NCBI GenBank assembly: GCA_002104905.1
Contig: MCFE01000101.1
Span: forward strand, 62,001 to 126,000
Direction: 5' to 3'
DNA from: Basidiobolus meristosporus CBS 931.73
Taxonomy: Eukaryota > Fungi > Basidiobolomycota
Length of the DNA: 64,000 nt
Shown: in pieces, positions 24,355-36,373 of the stretch
Numbering within the stretch: position 1 is the first letter of the stretch
Layout: each line of letters opens with the position of its first letter
Notes under the pieces: generated by a model
Database searches by the model: none
Told to the model about the DNA's origin: nothing
The model's input: only the letters and a program-made list of their open reading frames with translations
Program-made: the position numbers and the translations under genes

Positions 24355-27300
24355 CTCCCCCTCAACTAAATAATTTCTTAATCCCAATTTCTCTCTAAGG
24401 ATCTCAAACTGTGGCCTAGCTAGTGGTTTTGTCAATATGTCTGCCACCATTTTGTCAGTTGGGCAGTAAACCAGCTCTACTAAGTTATTTTCTACAGCTT
24501 CCCTCACAAAGTGATGCTGTATATCAATGTGCTTAGTTCTGGCATGATTAGTAGGATTTCTAGCTAATGAAATACAACTTTGATTATCCTTGTAAATACA
24601 TGTTGGTTCACCTGAATTAAAACCTAAGTCTTTGAATAATTTTTGTAGCCATATAGCCTCCTTAGTTGCTTGACATGCAGCCATATATTTGGCTTCAGTT
24701 GTAGATAGTGCCACACTTGGTTGTTTCTTGCAATTCCAAGTAATAGCTGCACCAGCATAAAGAAATACATAGCCTGTGGTAGAGCGTCTGTCAATCAGAT
24801 CTCTACCCCAATCTGAATCACTATAACCATCAAATTTTTGCCTATTAGCTGCTCCAGAGTATTCCAGTACCATATTTATGGTACCTTGTAGATATCTGAA
24901 AATCCGCTTAACTGCTGCAATTTGATCTGATCCATAATTCTGCATGAATTGACTGACTATTCCAACTGCTACTGCAATATCTGGACGTGTAGACACCATC
25001 AAGTACATTAGGCTACCAACCATTGATTGATAGGGAAAGTTTTGGTCCATATTTGAGCCGTTTTCATCCATAACTGGCTGAGATTTGCTTAATTTCAGGT
25101 TATTGTCCATAGGGGTTGCTGCAGGCTTGCAATTTTCCATTTTGAAGCGTCTAAGAATGTCCCTGATGTACTTAGACTGATTCAGCACAATTTTCTGCGT
25201 AGGTATGTCAAATTTGACCTCAATTCCAAGAAAATAGCTCAATTTTCCAAGATCTTTCATCTCAAACTTGCTGAAGAGATCTGATTTCGTCTGTTTAAGT
25301 GCCTCTTGATCACTTGTAGCTATAATTAGGTCGTCCACATAAAGAACTAGGATGATCACACCCTTTTTGAGCTGTTTCACATATATACTGTGATCTGCAG
25401 TGCTACGAGAGAACCCAATTTCCTCTAGATATGTGTCAATCTTGTTATACCATGCTCTGGGTGCCTGCTTAAGCCCATACAACAATTTTCTAAGTTTGCA
25501 CACCTTATGGGGGCTTTTTGGATCGGTAAAACCTTCTGGTTGCTCCATATATATAGTTTCTTGCAAATCCCTATTTAGAAAGGCTGTTTTGACATCCATT
25601 TGGTGTAGATCTAGACTGTGTACAGCTGCCAGGGCTAGAACTGTCCTAATAGAGTTAAACTTGGCAACCGGAGCAAATGTTTCCTTAAAGTCTAGTCCCT
25701 GGATCTGGGAATAGCCTTTAGCTACCAACCTAGCCTTGTACTTATCAACAGCACCATTTGAGGTTATCTTGATCTTGTAGACCCATCTACATCCTATTGG
25801 CTTTCTCCCATTTGGTAAATCTACCAGTTCCCACGTTTTTGCCTTGATCAGTGATTGGTACTCCTTGTGCATGGCTTGTTGCCACTTAGTAGCATCTGGA
25901 CCTTGCATTGCCTGTTCCAGATTCTGAGGTTTGGCACATAAGGCAAGATAAGCTTCTTCATGATCATTGGATGTCTGCCACCAGGATCCAGGGGCATTTC
26001 TTATTCTGGTAGATCTCCTAACTGGGATAATCTGTTCTGATCTGGAACTGGTAGAAGTATCTTCCATCTCTGGCTGGATTTGGTACGTATCTTCTTCATT
26101 TGTGTTGATTGCATCATCAGGCAGCTGGCCAATGATTTCTGTGGCTTTCTGATCTGAATTCTCCTCAAATACAACGTCCCTGCTCTTGATCAGCTTCTGA
26201 ATTTTGCCATCATACACTCTATATCCTTTAGTATCTTCACAATACCCAAGAAAGATCCCTTTTCTACTCTTTGGTACCAACTTTGAGCGTTTTTTGTCAG
26301 GGATGTGATAAAAAACATCACTGCCAAAGATCCTGAGGTGCTGGAGATCTGGTTTTTTGCCTGTATATGCTTCAAAGGGTGTAGAATCACGTAGTGCTGT
26401 TGTTGGCCATCTGTTCTTGATGTATACAGCGGTAGCAACAGATTCAGCCCAAAACTTGTAGTCCATTCCCTTATCATGTAGCATAGATCTTGCCATCTCT
26501 ACTATTGTTCTATTTGCACGTTCTGCTACTCCATTTTGCTGTGGAGTATGAGGAACTGTGGTCTGTTGAAGTATACCAGTAGACAAGCAGTATTTTGCAA
26601 ACTCCTTTGAGCAGTATTCTCCTCCATTGTCACTTTGTAGTACCTTCAATTTACACCCAGTTTGTGTTTCTGCCATGTTCTTGAAGTGCTTAAACGTCTC
26701 TAAAGCTTCATCCTTTGTTTTGAGGAAGTACACCCATGTATATCTTGTCTTGTCATCAATAAACGTCATAAAGTATCACTTGGCTCCAAAGGACAGTGTT
26801 CTCATGGGGCCACATATGTCTGAGTGTACAATAGCCAATATTTTGGTGGTATTAATGCCTTCTGAGCTCTTGAAACGTTGCCTAGCTTGTTTGCCATATG
26901 AACATCCCTTACAAACATTCAATTTGATCGGAATTGAGTATTTTAGGCCCAAAACAAGCTGATTTTTCACCAATTGGCTCATTTTCTGTTCCCCTATGTG
27001 TCCTAGCCTCCTATGCCACGTCTCCCAGTTGGTTTCATCAGTTTCAGCAATGTTGACATACTCAGGTACAATGATCTTGCATTGTAACTTGTATATATTG
27101 TGATCTCTGATTCCTGAAGCTAATTTTTGTCCATTTTCACTCAATATTGAGCAGCTCAGCTTAGTAAAAACAAATTTCAGTCCCTGAGTAGTTGCTTTAC
27201 TGACTGAGAGTAGGTTCTTAGCTATTCCAGGTACATAGAGTACGTCAGTCAGTTTTGCTGTTGTTGCCCCTGAGTTATCACTCATATTTAGTTGTATAGA

Positions 27301-28266
27301 CCCACTAGCGGTAGCTTCCAATGCAGAGTTATCTCCCAGATAAACCTTTCTTACGGGAATAGTCTTTAAGTTGCTGAACCAATCCTTTATACCACAAATA
27401 TGCTGTGATGCTCCAGAGTCAATATACCATTCATTACTTTGGTTACTTGCACTCTCTTGTACAGTGACAAATAACTGTTCATCAGTAGTTATATGGTTTG
27501 CCTGCTCTAGTTTCTGTTTTTTGTCTGCTTGTTTCTTCTTGCATTCTCTTGCCCAGTGTCCTGGCTTCTTACAGTAGTTACAGCAGCCAGGTTTTCTTCG
27601 GTTTTGTTGCTTTCCCTTCTTTTCTGTATGCCTTTCTGAACTGAATAAAGCATTATCTTCAATTTTCTCTGCTTGATCATTACATCTGAGTTCTTCATGG
27701 AGAAGTCTTCCTTTGACATAGTCTAAAGTCAAGTTGTCTTCTCTGCTTTCAAAAGAAAGTATGAGTGGCTCATACTCGTCTGGTAGGCTGCAAAGCAGAC
27801 AGAGTATCTTTTCTTCATCATCTACACCAGCATTAATACTGTAAAGTTCTTCTGCAAGTGTCTCCATTCTGGTAATGAGTTGTAGCATGTCATCATCTGG
27901 CTTTTTTCTCATGTTGAAGAACTTTTGTTTCAAATAAAGCTTGCTTGATACTGACTTTGCTCTAAAGATCTTCTCTAAGGATTCCCATGCTGCTTTGGCA
28001 GTATTTGAGGCATGGATTTGTCCAATGAAGGAGTCTTGCACATTGATGCATATTGCATTGAAGGCCTTTCTCTCCTTCTCTTGAAACTTCTCCACATCTT
28101 CTGCTGTTCCTTTGGGCTCAACTTTCTTTCCTGTTACTATGTTCCAAAGCTTTCTTTCCTCAAGGTGGATCTGCATCTTGATTCTCCAAAGTCTGTAGTT
28201 CTTCCCATCAAACCTCTCCTTTACAGGGAAGATGTTGGTATTGCTTTGTTTGCTGGTAGAAGTCAT
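24349..28266 (-). pseudogene. Copia gag-pol polyprotein (~1300 codons) with one in-frame TGA at 26776-26778
   Basis: ORFs 26776-28266 and 24349-26769 are in the same frame: ..SFGAK*YFMTFIDDKTRY... Motifs: CNYCKKPGHWAREC, WYIDSGAS, WHRRLGH..CKGC, SDNGGEY, LYVDD, DSDW, HIDIQHHF. Confidence 0.95.
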
Positions 28267-28290
28267 CTTTAGAATAGATTAAGGCAATCG

Positions 28291-28302
28291 GGGCTCATAA
28301 CC
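28291..28302 (-). promoter_or_regulatory. Primer-binding site GGTTATGAGCCC
   Basis: Abuts the 5' LTR; identical to the family A PBS. Confidence 0.88.
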
Positions 28303-28671
28303 TGTTGCAATTTAAGAAGTGATTTAGATGTAAGGAACTTATCAAGAAATAGTGATAATAGTTGAACTGTTGTTTATTCATAAAGAAGCTCAGTATTTAT
28401 ACCTTTGTAGAAGTAATACAGCTGCAACACTAAGTAGGGAGGGTTTCTCAATATTCAGGAGCATTCTGTAACAGTTTCAGGGTTAGTACATAATGTTTGG
28501 TAATAGTGCTAATTTGATCCTGACTATAGGGGAATAATCATAAGATCATATATCTGGAGAAAGTGGCAAAGTTAAGGCAGTAAATGAGTCCTACACTGAC
28601 TAAGACTAGCCTAGAATTGTTAAGTAAATTTTTAGCTGCTGAATGATACCAAATAGTCCAATATTTCAACA
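28303..28671 (-). repeat. 5' LTR, copia B
   Basis: Direct repeat of 23986-24354. Confidence 0.97.
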
Positions 28672-28676
28672 GGTCA

Positions 28677-29959
28677 TTCACAGCTACTTTGTCTGAGTGC
28701 TTCTTGTAAAAAACTACATTTTCTCCTGGATATATTCTGCACTGTCACATCTGCTTTGACCTGCTTGTCCCTTGCTGGCACTCCTCTGGCAACCTGAAGT
28801 TTCTTTCTGCTTATTCTGAGCACTCTACTTTAGTAGTGATCAGCTCCTATAAAAGCAGCGGGTTTTTATCACCGCCTGATCCTTCACTGCTACTTTGACT
28901 TGGTGCTTCTTGAGTGGAACTACACTTTTTCCTTGATAAGTGTTGTGCTGGTGCAACCATGTCTGCCTGCTTGTTCCTAGTTGGCACTCTTCCAGCTACC
29001 TAAGGCCTCTTTGATGCTTGTCTGGAGCTTTTGGCCCTGCTTGTAACAGGCTCTTGAGGATGCTGCTGGTTTTTAGCCATGGCACCCTTGTTCTTCTGCC
29101 TTTGATAGTTTCTGCTATTCTTATGATACTTTCTTAGCATACCAATGCTGGCCCACAATCTGTTTGCCCATTTGAATTCAGGATAATGCTCATGAAACAA
29201 GTCAAGTGCATTCTGTTTGGCCTTGAGTTCCTGATGGTCCTATGGTATGCCAGCCTTAAGGTGATGGCATGCTAGACTTCTGATGGCCTCTTGTATATTA
29301 GCCCACTCTTCATTATTGCACTCAACAGCTTCACAGGTCTTCAATATCTTTTGATTTTTAGGCTTTGGTATTAACACCATATTATCTCACTCCCTTGCTG
29401 TGATAGGTTTTTCTGTGGGCTTTATCTTTGGGCACTGTTGTTGTACTTCATAGACTGTTTGGTGTTCCTCAGCTGCTACATTGGGAAATGGCTCAATTCT
29501 TGGCTTTGACATTGAGCTACTTGAGTTCCTTCTTTGCAGCAAAGATGCTGCTTTCTCAACCTTGGATATTGGTTGCTCTACACATATCAGCTGCTCATCC
29601 TGTTTCTGGTCTATTTCCTGATTTCTCTGTGCCATTGCATCTATCCTACCAACTACTGCACCTAAGTGATTCATTAATGCTTTGGTATGAGCTGACAACA
29701 TACTTGCCAATATGGGTGATGGTGATGTTATCATGGCCACTTGCTGATCTTTAACTGAGGGTACTGCATTTGCTACATTCTCATCTGCCTGAGCATAACA
29801 GTCAGCTTGTGGCTCCACAGAGGCTCTCAATTGCCTACTTGACTGAGAGCCTGAGGAGTCTGCATTATTACCTTCAATGGGCACACTGTCCACAGGGCCT
29901 TTTTTGGATATAGCCCCGCTTGTTGCACTGAATGTTAAAGCAAGCTGTTGTCCAACCAT
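28677..29959 (-). pseudogene. Accessory ORF of the CMC element (coiled-coil, W-containing block, ~205-bp tandem units)
   Basis: ORFs 29387-29959 and 29000-29200 (KWANRLWASIGMLRKYHKNSRNYQR); homologous copy at 40441-41190. Confidence 0.55.
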
Positions 29960-30027
29960 TCTTCTGTTGCCATTGTGGTGGTGTCAAGGTACTCCTGGGA
30001 GAAGCTACACAGCTCAAGGTGTGTTAG

Positions 30028-30573
30028 GTGTCTGATGGGTTGACACTACAGTGGCCTAGACAACTTCATCTAGCACTCTGGGCAGATAGAATCACTACAA
30101 AACGCAGCACAGGCCTATCTCCATTCAAATTGCTTTATGGACACAATTGCATTCTTCCCATAGAGCTTGACTCAACATCCTGGAACATGCTAGAGTGGAG
30201 AGCTACAATGAGTTCAGAAGATCTACTGACTACACGCATCAAACAGCTAGATCACCATGAACTTGATATTAACCAAGCAGCTGCTAAACTCAAAGAGACA
30301 AGACTTCAGAACAAGGAACCATGTGACAAGTCACATAGCCTTAGACCAATGCCATTACTGCAAGGAGATCCAGTACTGCTCTATGATTCCACTTTAGACA
30401 AGCAGTGGAGTCGCAAATTTAACAATAAGTGGTCTGGCCCATTTATTATCTCTAAGGTGATTGGAAATGGAAGCTACTACTTGTCTGAACTTGATGAAAC
30501 ACCACTAAGAGCACCTGTGGCAGGAAACAGACTTAAGCTATTCAAGCACCAGAATTTTGCACATCACATTTAG
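30028..30573 (+). pseudogene. Ty3/gypsy integrase C-terminal fragment (family D)
   Basis: WP..LHLALWADRITTKRSTGLSPFKLLYG and KWSGPFII..GNGSYYL..RLKLF; followed by a PPT and LTR; the 5' part of the element is absent. Confidence 0.85.
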
Positions 30574-30612
30574 TTTGCTTTGACCTGAGTTCAAAGCTGA
30601 GAGGGGGGTGGA

Positions 30613-31693
30613 TGTAGTGGGATCACAGTGACACCCACAAGCAGATGTGCTCATTCCCATACATTCACTTCCCTAAAAAGGATTACCCCCCCCCTATATT
30701 AGTATCATCCCAAATTGCAATATTTTCTATTCTGTCTATGTGATTAATACTATGTGACCTTACAAACTATTTGTCACTATTAACCCATTGCACAAGCTAT
30801 TTATATTCCTTGCCAAGATGCCAAGATAAGATAGTTACCATATAAGGCAAGTACCCCCAACAGTGCCTATGTCATGTGACCATCCTGGTTTCATAACCCT
30901 CCTATCCTACTACCTTATGAGGTAACTACATGACACAGAGGTTTCATATTACCACTATCTGATTGGCTAGGTGCTACTATGTCTCATGGAACAATCTGCC
31001 AAGAATTTGCGCTATTTTTAGTGCACAATGACATGATTGGCTATCTACTACTTTCTGGAAACTTCCAAAAAGTATTTTCTAGCACAAATTTGAGCAGCAA
31101 AAAAGCATATAAGGGAGGCTATCCCTTGAAATAAATCATCCCTCTTCCAATATTCCAACTTATTGATTAGTGAGATCACTGCTGCCTATTACCACTATTT
31201 TCTGACTCATACCTAACAATACTCCCAGGAAACCACGCTGACAGCCAACTGACCTTGGAGGCACTACTTGTTAGGAATACCCAGAGTAGGTATATTTTAT
31301 TATACTTGATTGTTTTCCCAAGTTTGTTGTTGTACAGGCAAAGATACTTTTCAGTCTTTGTAACTATTGGTTAAAACTGCATTCTTATCAAGTCCCTGTT
31401 GGTGGAGTTTACAGTTGTTTTGACTTTGGAAGCTTTAGTACATTGTCATCTAAAAGGACGTCAAAGCCATTATAAACTTTTGTTAAGATGCCAACTAAGT
31501 TGGGGATTGTAGTTCAATAGTTTTCCCTTGACAAGCTTGAGGCTTTATCCCCCTTCATATTAGATTAGACAAAAGACCCAGTATTCCTAGCAAGCTTTTG
31601 CCAGAGGTTATTGCACCCAGTGAGCACCCCACACACATTCACACTTGAGAAGTGCTGGCGGTATTTTGCCCTTTGGACTTATACACCACCACA
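30613..31693 (+). repeat. 3' LTR, gypsy family D (~1.08 kb)
   Basis: Preceded by PPT GAGAGGGGGGTGGA (30599-30612); TGTAGTGG...CCACCACA; homologous to 22360-23417. Confidence 0.85.
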
Positions 31694-32929
31694 ATGGAAT
31701 CAATTGGAAACCAGAGATACATAAGATAGAGGGTATCTGCTGGAGCAAAAGCTTTCCACTGGGAGCAATGCATTTGCTTTTCAACAATATACCTATACTG
31801 ATGACCAAGTTGTACATGGGGCATTTCAAGCTAAATGTGCCCTTTGAGATATCAAAGAAATTTGAAAAAATTGGCAAGATATCATAGAGTATCCACTACC
31901 CTAAGTGCTTCTCACAGGCTCCAATTAATATTCATATGCATATGCAACAATACAAATGCAAAGACTGGATGAACTGGATATGTATTTATTCAAGTGGTGT
32001 TCTGAAGCCATTCCTACCAAGAGTACATAGGAAGCATTTGGAGTCATATGTGGACATTGCAGGAATATTTATCCAGAAGCAGATCACCAATGCCAACTTG
32101 ACGCATATACAGCTGTTGTGTGAGGAGTTTGTGACGGGATTTGAGCGGCTATACTACAAACATAAAGTTGAATGCATAGATCTCTGCCGCTACTGTATCC
32201 ATTCTCTACTCCATCTTGCATGGTGTGTGGAGAATATTGGGCCTTGCTTCACCTTTTGGGAGTTTCCTATGAAGCTGATGTGTGGGGAGATAGGAAGACA
32301 AGTCAAGTTGCAGGTACTACCATATCCCAATCTCATCAAGAATATTACCTTCAAGTCTGTAATGGATGTGATGAGTTGGCACATGGAGGACAGCCAGAAA
32401 GAGCTGGAAAATACTGAGGACAAATGTGCACATGGAGACACCTATGCCTATGGCATTAAGAAGCTAAGCAGCCCCAGTGCGTGGGTAATCAGTTAAGTAA
32501 TGCAAAGTTGGGTTGGGTGCAACAAGCAACTAATTTCTATCAGGAAAACTCCACCAAGATATGCCAGATTTCTCATGGTCACAAGCCAGCTTCTACACCA
32601 TTCAATATGGAATTCACAAAAACAAAAGCCAGAGCACACCTATGAGGGGGACTAGAATCCAGCAGGGAGAAGGAATATATTGGCTAAATACCAAGAAGTT
32701 CTTTGCCAATATTCAGGAGGTATTCATGGCTGAAGTGGCAACAACCAAGCATATGTTTGCAAGATGTATATGCTACCAGCAGTACAAGGTATATGGCAAC
32801 TTTGCAAGTATCACACTAAAAAGTCGTAAAGTTGAGGTGATAGAAGTATGTCTATTGCGGCAGGTGTATGCATTTGTAGAGGTTAGTAAGCAGGAGGCCA
32901 TAGTTTTTTTTTATATGAACTATATGTGA
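31694..32929 (+). pseudogene. CACTA/tnp2-type transposase C-terminal region plus downstream ORF
   Basis: SFPLGAMHLLFNNI; YKCKDWMNW..YSSGVL; FVTGFERLYY..HSLLHLA..GP..WEFPM..CGEI; then ORF 32561-32929. Confidence 0.75.
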
Positions 32930-33726
32930 AATACCCAAGGTAGTAGTGGGTAAGCAAATAAAGAAAGGTGATTCTACAGTGGAATATTTAAATTGCACAA
33001 GGGGAGGTAGAAAAAGGAAATACCATTTGGTAAATTGGTACGGTAGCATTATACAGAACCAGCGGCAGGCTGTCATACTGCCATGAAAAGCTATCAGAGT
33101 CTTGCTGTGAGGCCGTCAAAATACTGTCAAGTTTCTTACCATATAAGGCAATTGAAAGTCCTGGCCAACTGGATCCACTTAAAATAGTAGTAGAGTGCTG
33201 AAAGACTGCAACAATAGCATGCAAATATTGTCACAGCACCAATCAAAAATTGTCAAGTTTTACTCCTTTTTTTGGCTGTATAATTTGCAAAACACCGTCA
33301 TGATCTTGTTATAAGAACATCAGGAGGCTCACTAATTTCAAGCTGCTGTTATTATGACAGTCTCTAAACAGAATCTTCACAGATGATCTGGATTGGATCC
33401 ACCTGCGGGACCAAATTATTTTTCATAGGGGTTAAGGAAGGTCCTAAGAGTATGTGTGTAAAGTTTGGAGCTGTTTGGACAGCTTTGAGAATTTTCATGC
33501 TCTGGGCACCTGGTATTTTGGTGAAATATTCTGAGTGAATCCCAATAGGATTTTGGTCAGTATTCTCTAGGATTTGAAGGTAATGATCTAAGTGACTAAG
33601 TTAGGTGAATACTTAGGAGGAATTAAAAACTTTTACAACACTCTCACTCAGCTAAATGCTCATACTGATTAGTCCTAATTTGGCCCATGATATTCAAACT
33701 TGTTTCTAGCTAGTGGTTTGGTAAAT

Positions 33727-33937
33727 AGACTTGTTCCATCACTCCAGCTGATCATAGTGCCCAATAGTGCCATAGCATGCCAGATGGTGCCTGACCATGC
33801 CACAGAGTGCCAGATGGTGCCATACAGTGCCAATTTGGGATCAAAACTGACATTCATATGACCCTAGAATATCAAATTAATAATAAAATATATAGCACTT
33901 TCTGGCACAATGGTCAATGTCATAATGGAACAAGTCT
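33727..33937. mobile_element. 211-bp MITE, family E termini
   Basis: TIR AGACTTGTTCCAT...ATGGAACAAGTCT; perfect 3-bp TSD AAT; internal GTGCCA-type repeats. Confidence 0.8.
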
Positions 33938-34953
33938 AATATGTCTGCAATTATTTCATCTGAAGGACAGTAAACTGAGCTGACTAAGTCTGTCTCTATA
34001 GCTTCATGTATGAAATGATGTCTAATAACTATGTGCTTAGCTCTAGCATGATAAGTTGTATTTTTTACCTAATTGTTTACATCCTTGATTATCTTGAAAT
34101 AAAGTAATAGGCATTTTTTGACATATGCCTAAATCTGTAAAAAGCTTTCTTATCCACATTGCTCCTTTTGTAGCTTCACAGGCTGTCATATACTCTACAT
34201 CTGTGGTAGAAAGCGCTATGGTTGGTTACTTTCTTGAGTTCCATGAAATTGCTCCTTTACAGTAAAGAAAAGTATAACCTGTGGTGGATCTCCTGTCTTC
34301 AAGGTTTTGTCCCCAATAAGCATCAGAGTTTCCCACAAGGTCCTGTTGTGAATCCTTATAAGTGTAACATAAGCAGATAGCAGCAGTTCCTTTTACATAT
34401 CTAAAAATCCACTAACTGCTGCAATACAATCAGATCAATAGTTCTGAATATGCTGGCTGACCACTCCCACTGAATATGGGATATCTGGACGTGCTCCAAG
34501 CATGATATTCATCAGACTGCCAGCCACAAATTGCTAAGGAAAGTCAGGGCTTTCAGATGGCACCAAGCTTGCTTGATTTGGTCAAGTTTTGATTAAGTAA
34601 AAGTTTGTCTCTGCTGGGGTAGCTGATGGATTACAGTCTTCTATTTGATACTTCTTTAGTATATATTGAATATACTTGGATTGGCTTAAGGTGATAGTCT
34701 TGGTACTTCTGTCTATGGAAAACTTAATCCCCAAGTAGTAACTGAGTTCTCCTAGATCAGACAACATGAACTCCTCAGATAGGCTGGATTTAGTCTCTTC
34801 CAATGTTGCCAGGTTAATGGTTGTAATAAGATCATCCACGTATAGAGCTAATAGAACTGGATTTGTTCTATCTGGCTTATAGTTTATACCATAGCCAGCA
34901 TTACTGATTTTAAAACTCAGAAGTTCTGACTAGGAATCTATTTTGCAATTCCA

Positions 34954-35835
34954 TAAATTTTTAGAGTGTAAGATAAGATTATAGAAACTATAAAAATGTC
35001 CAATATGGATTTAGATCCTCTGCATTTAATCATGATGCAATCTTTTACGTGTTGAATAATTCCTTAAATGTACTCCCTGCTTTTAACTGGATCCCACCAA
35101 CTGGACATAATCACAACAGGCACACCGCAAACATGCTGTAAAATATTATTGGTTTCTGGAATGGCAATACAAAGTCTTAATCTTGCATTGGTTAAAATAA
35201 TATCCATAAAAATATTTTTGTCCCAAGGTACGGAGAGTTTGAGACTGATAACAATGCTGATGGTTTTGACAGTTAATCTGGTTATGTCCATGCCCAAGAT
35301 GAGATTATTAATTTTGCTAATTTGCGATTGAATATTGGTGTTGATATCTTTATGGTCAACGTACACATTAAAGTCAAACCCTTCACCATTGGGCAAAATT
35401 ATAATACAATTGGACATGTAACCATACATAATCATGGTTTTGTATTTTTCTCCCTTCAGCACAATTGGGTTAGCACCTTTCCAAGCTTTTTGGACCATTG
35501 TGTGATCACCCTGGTTTAAAAATAGTACGGAATATATATGAGAGGAGTTTTTTTTGCCCAATTTTTAGGTATCAAACATATGTTCAAGAACATCTTTGTG
35601 CAAGTTAAAAGTTTTATCCAACTTGAGTTGCACATTACCTTCCAAAAAGATTTTCTTAATGTCTATATCAAGAATGTTGGATAGAAGATGATCTTTAAGA
35701 ATTATATCAAGCCTCATAAAATTGGCCATTTTCACTTTGTATTTTTTGTGTAAATTACCAATGTTAGATGTGATATTTTTACTTGGTTTGGGATGTATGA
35801 ACTTCAAACTGTCCATGTGTTCTAATATTACTACT
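34954..35835 (-). other. Foreign AT-rich ~290-codon reading frame (2 in-frame TAA) replacing part of copia RT; origin unknown
   Basis: ORFs 35565-35816 and 35064-35561 share a frame that stays open to the junction at 34954. No similarity to copia A or B. Copia A homology stops precisely at both sides. Confidence 0.6.
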
Positions 35836-36373
35836 TAAGCTTGTACTCTCATTGATATAGTATCTTAGGCTATTTCTTGTCTGATTGGATCTCTGAGTAT
35901 TTGATTCCATAATGATCACCTCTGGGATATTCTTGGGCACTGCTGCAGGCTGAACCATGGCTGTAGAGTTCTCTAGGGTGAAAAAATTCTCATTGTCTTG
36001 CTCTGGTTTAACTCTGACAATTGGTGTACTTGAGATCAGATTTTTGTCATCATCTGATGTCATTATTTGTGAAAATTCTCAATTTTCATCAAACAACACA
36101 CCCCTGGACTTGATTAGCTTCTTTGCTTTGGTATTGTACAGTCTGTATGCTTTACTCTTGTTGCAATAGCCCAAAAATATGCATTTTACACTTTTTTGCA
36201 CAAATTTTAGCTGATTTTTGGGCAGTTTCTTAGCATATGCTGTACACACAAGTATTCTTAAATATTCTGCACTTGGGCTGTATTCATACTATGCTTCAAA
36301 TGGTGTAGAAGCACAAGGTACTCTGCTATAACTCTTATTTTTAAGGTATACAGCTGTGGCAATTGATTCTGTC

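Larger units (their letters stand above)
23986..28671 (-). mobile_element. Young, near-intact Ty1/copia element, family B
   Basis: 369-bp LTRs at 23986-24354 and 28303-28671 with 3 differences; perfect TSD GGTCA (23981-23985 / 28672-28676); PBS 28291-28302; PPT 24355-24366; complete gag-PR-INT-RT-RH in one frame. Confidence 0.98.
21877..33430. mobile_element. CMC/CACTA-type DNA transposon with nested insertions
   Basis: Inverted termini CCCTATGAAAAAT at 21877 and at 33430 (reverse strand) fit the CMCWR consensus. Subterminal CTGTCA/CCGTCA motifs, an accessory ORF on minus and the transposase C-terminus on plus. The flanks (AT/GT) are not a clean TSD, so the two ends may come from different copies. 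Confidence 0.65.

Noticed and set aside
26770-26778. Programmed frameshift between the gag and pol ORFs of copia B
   Set aside because: Both ORFs are in the same frame and the break lies inside integrase; there is no slippery site.
35064-35200. CGVPVV resemblance to glycosyltransferase GT-B, or SSWWDP to helicase-C motifs, in the foreign ORF
   Set aside because: Only 5-6 residues match and the flanking catalytic motifs are absent; not enough to name a family.
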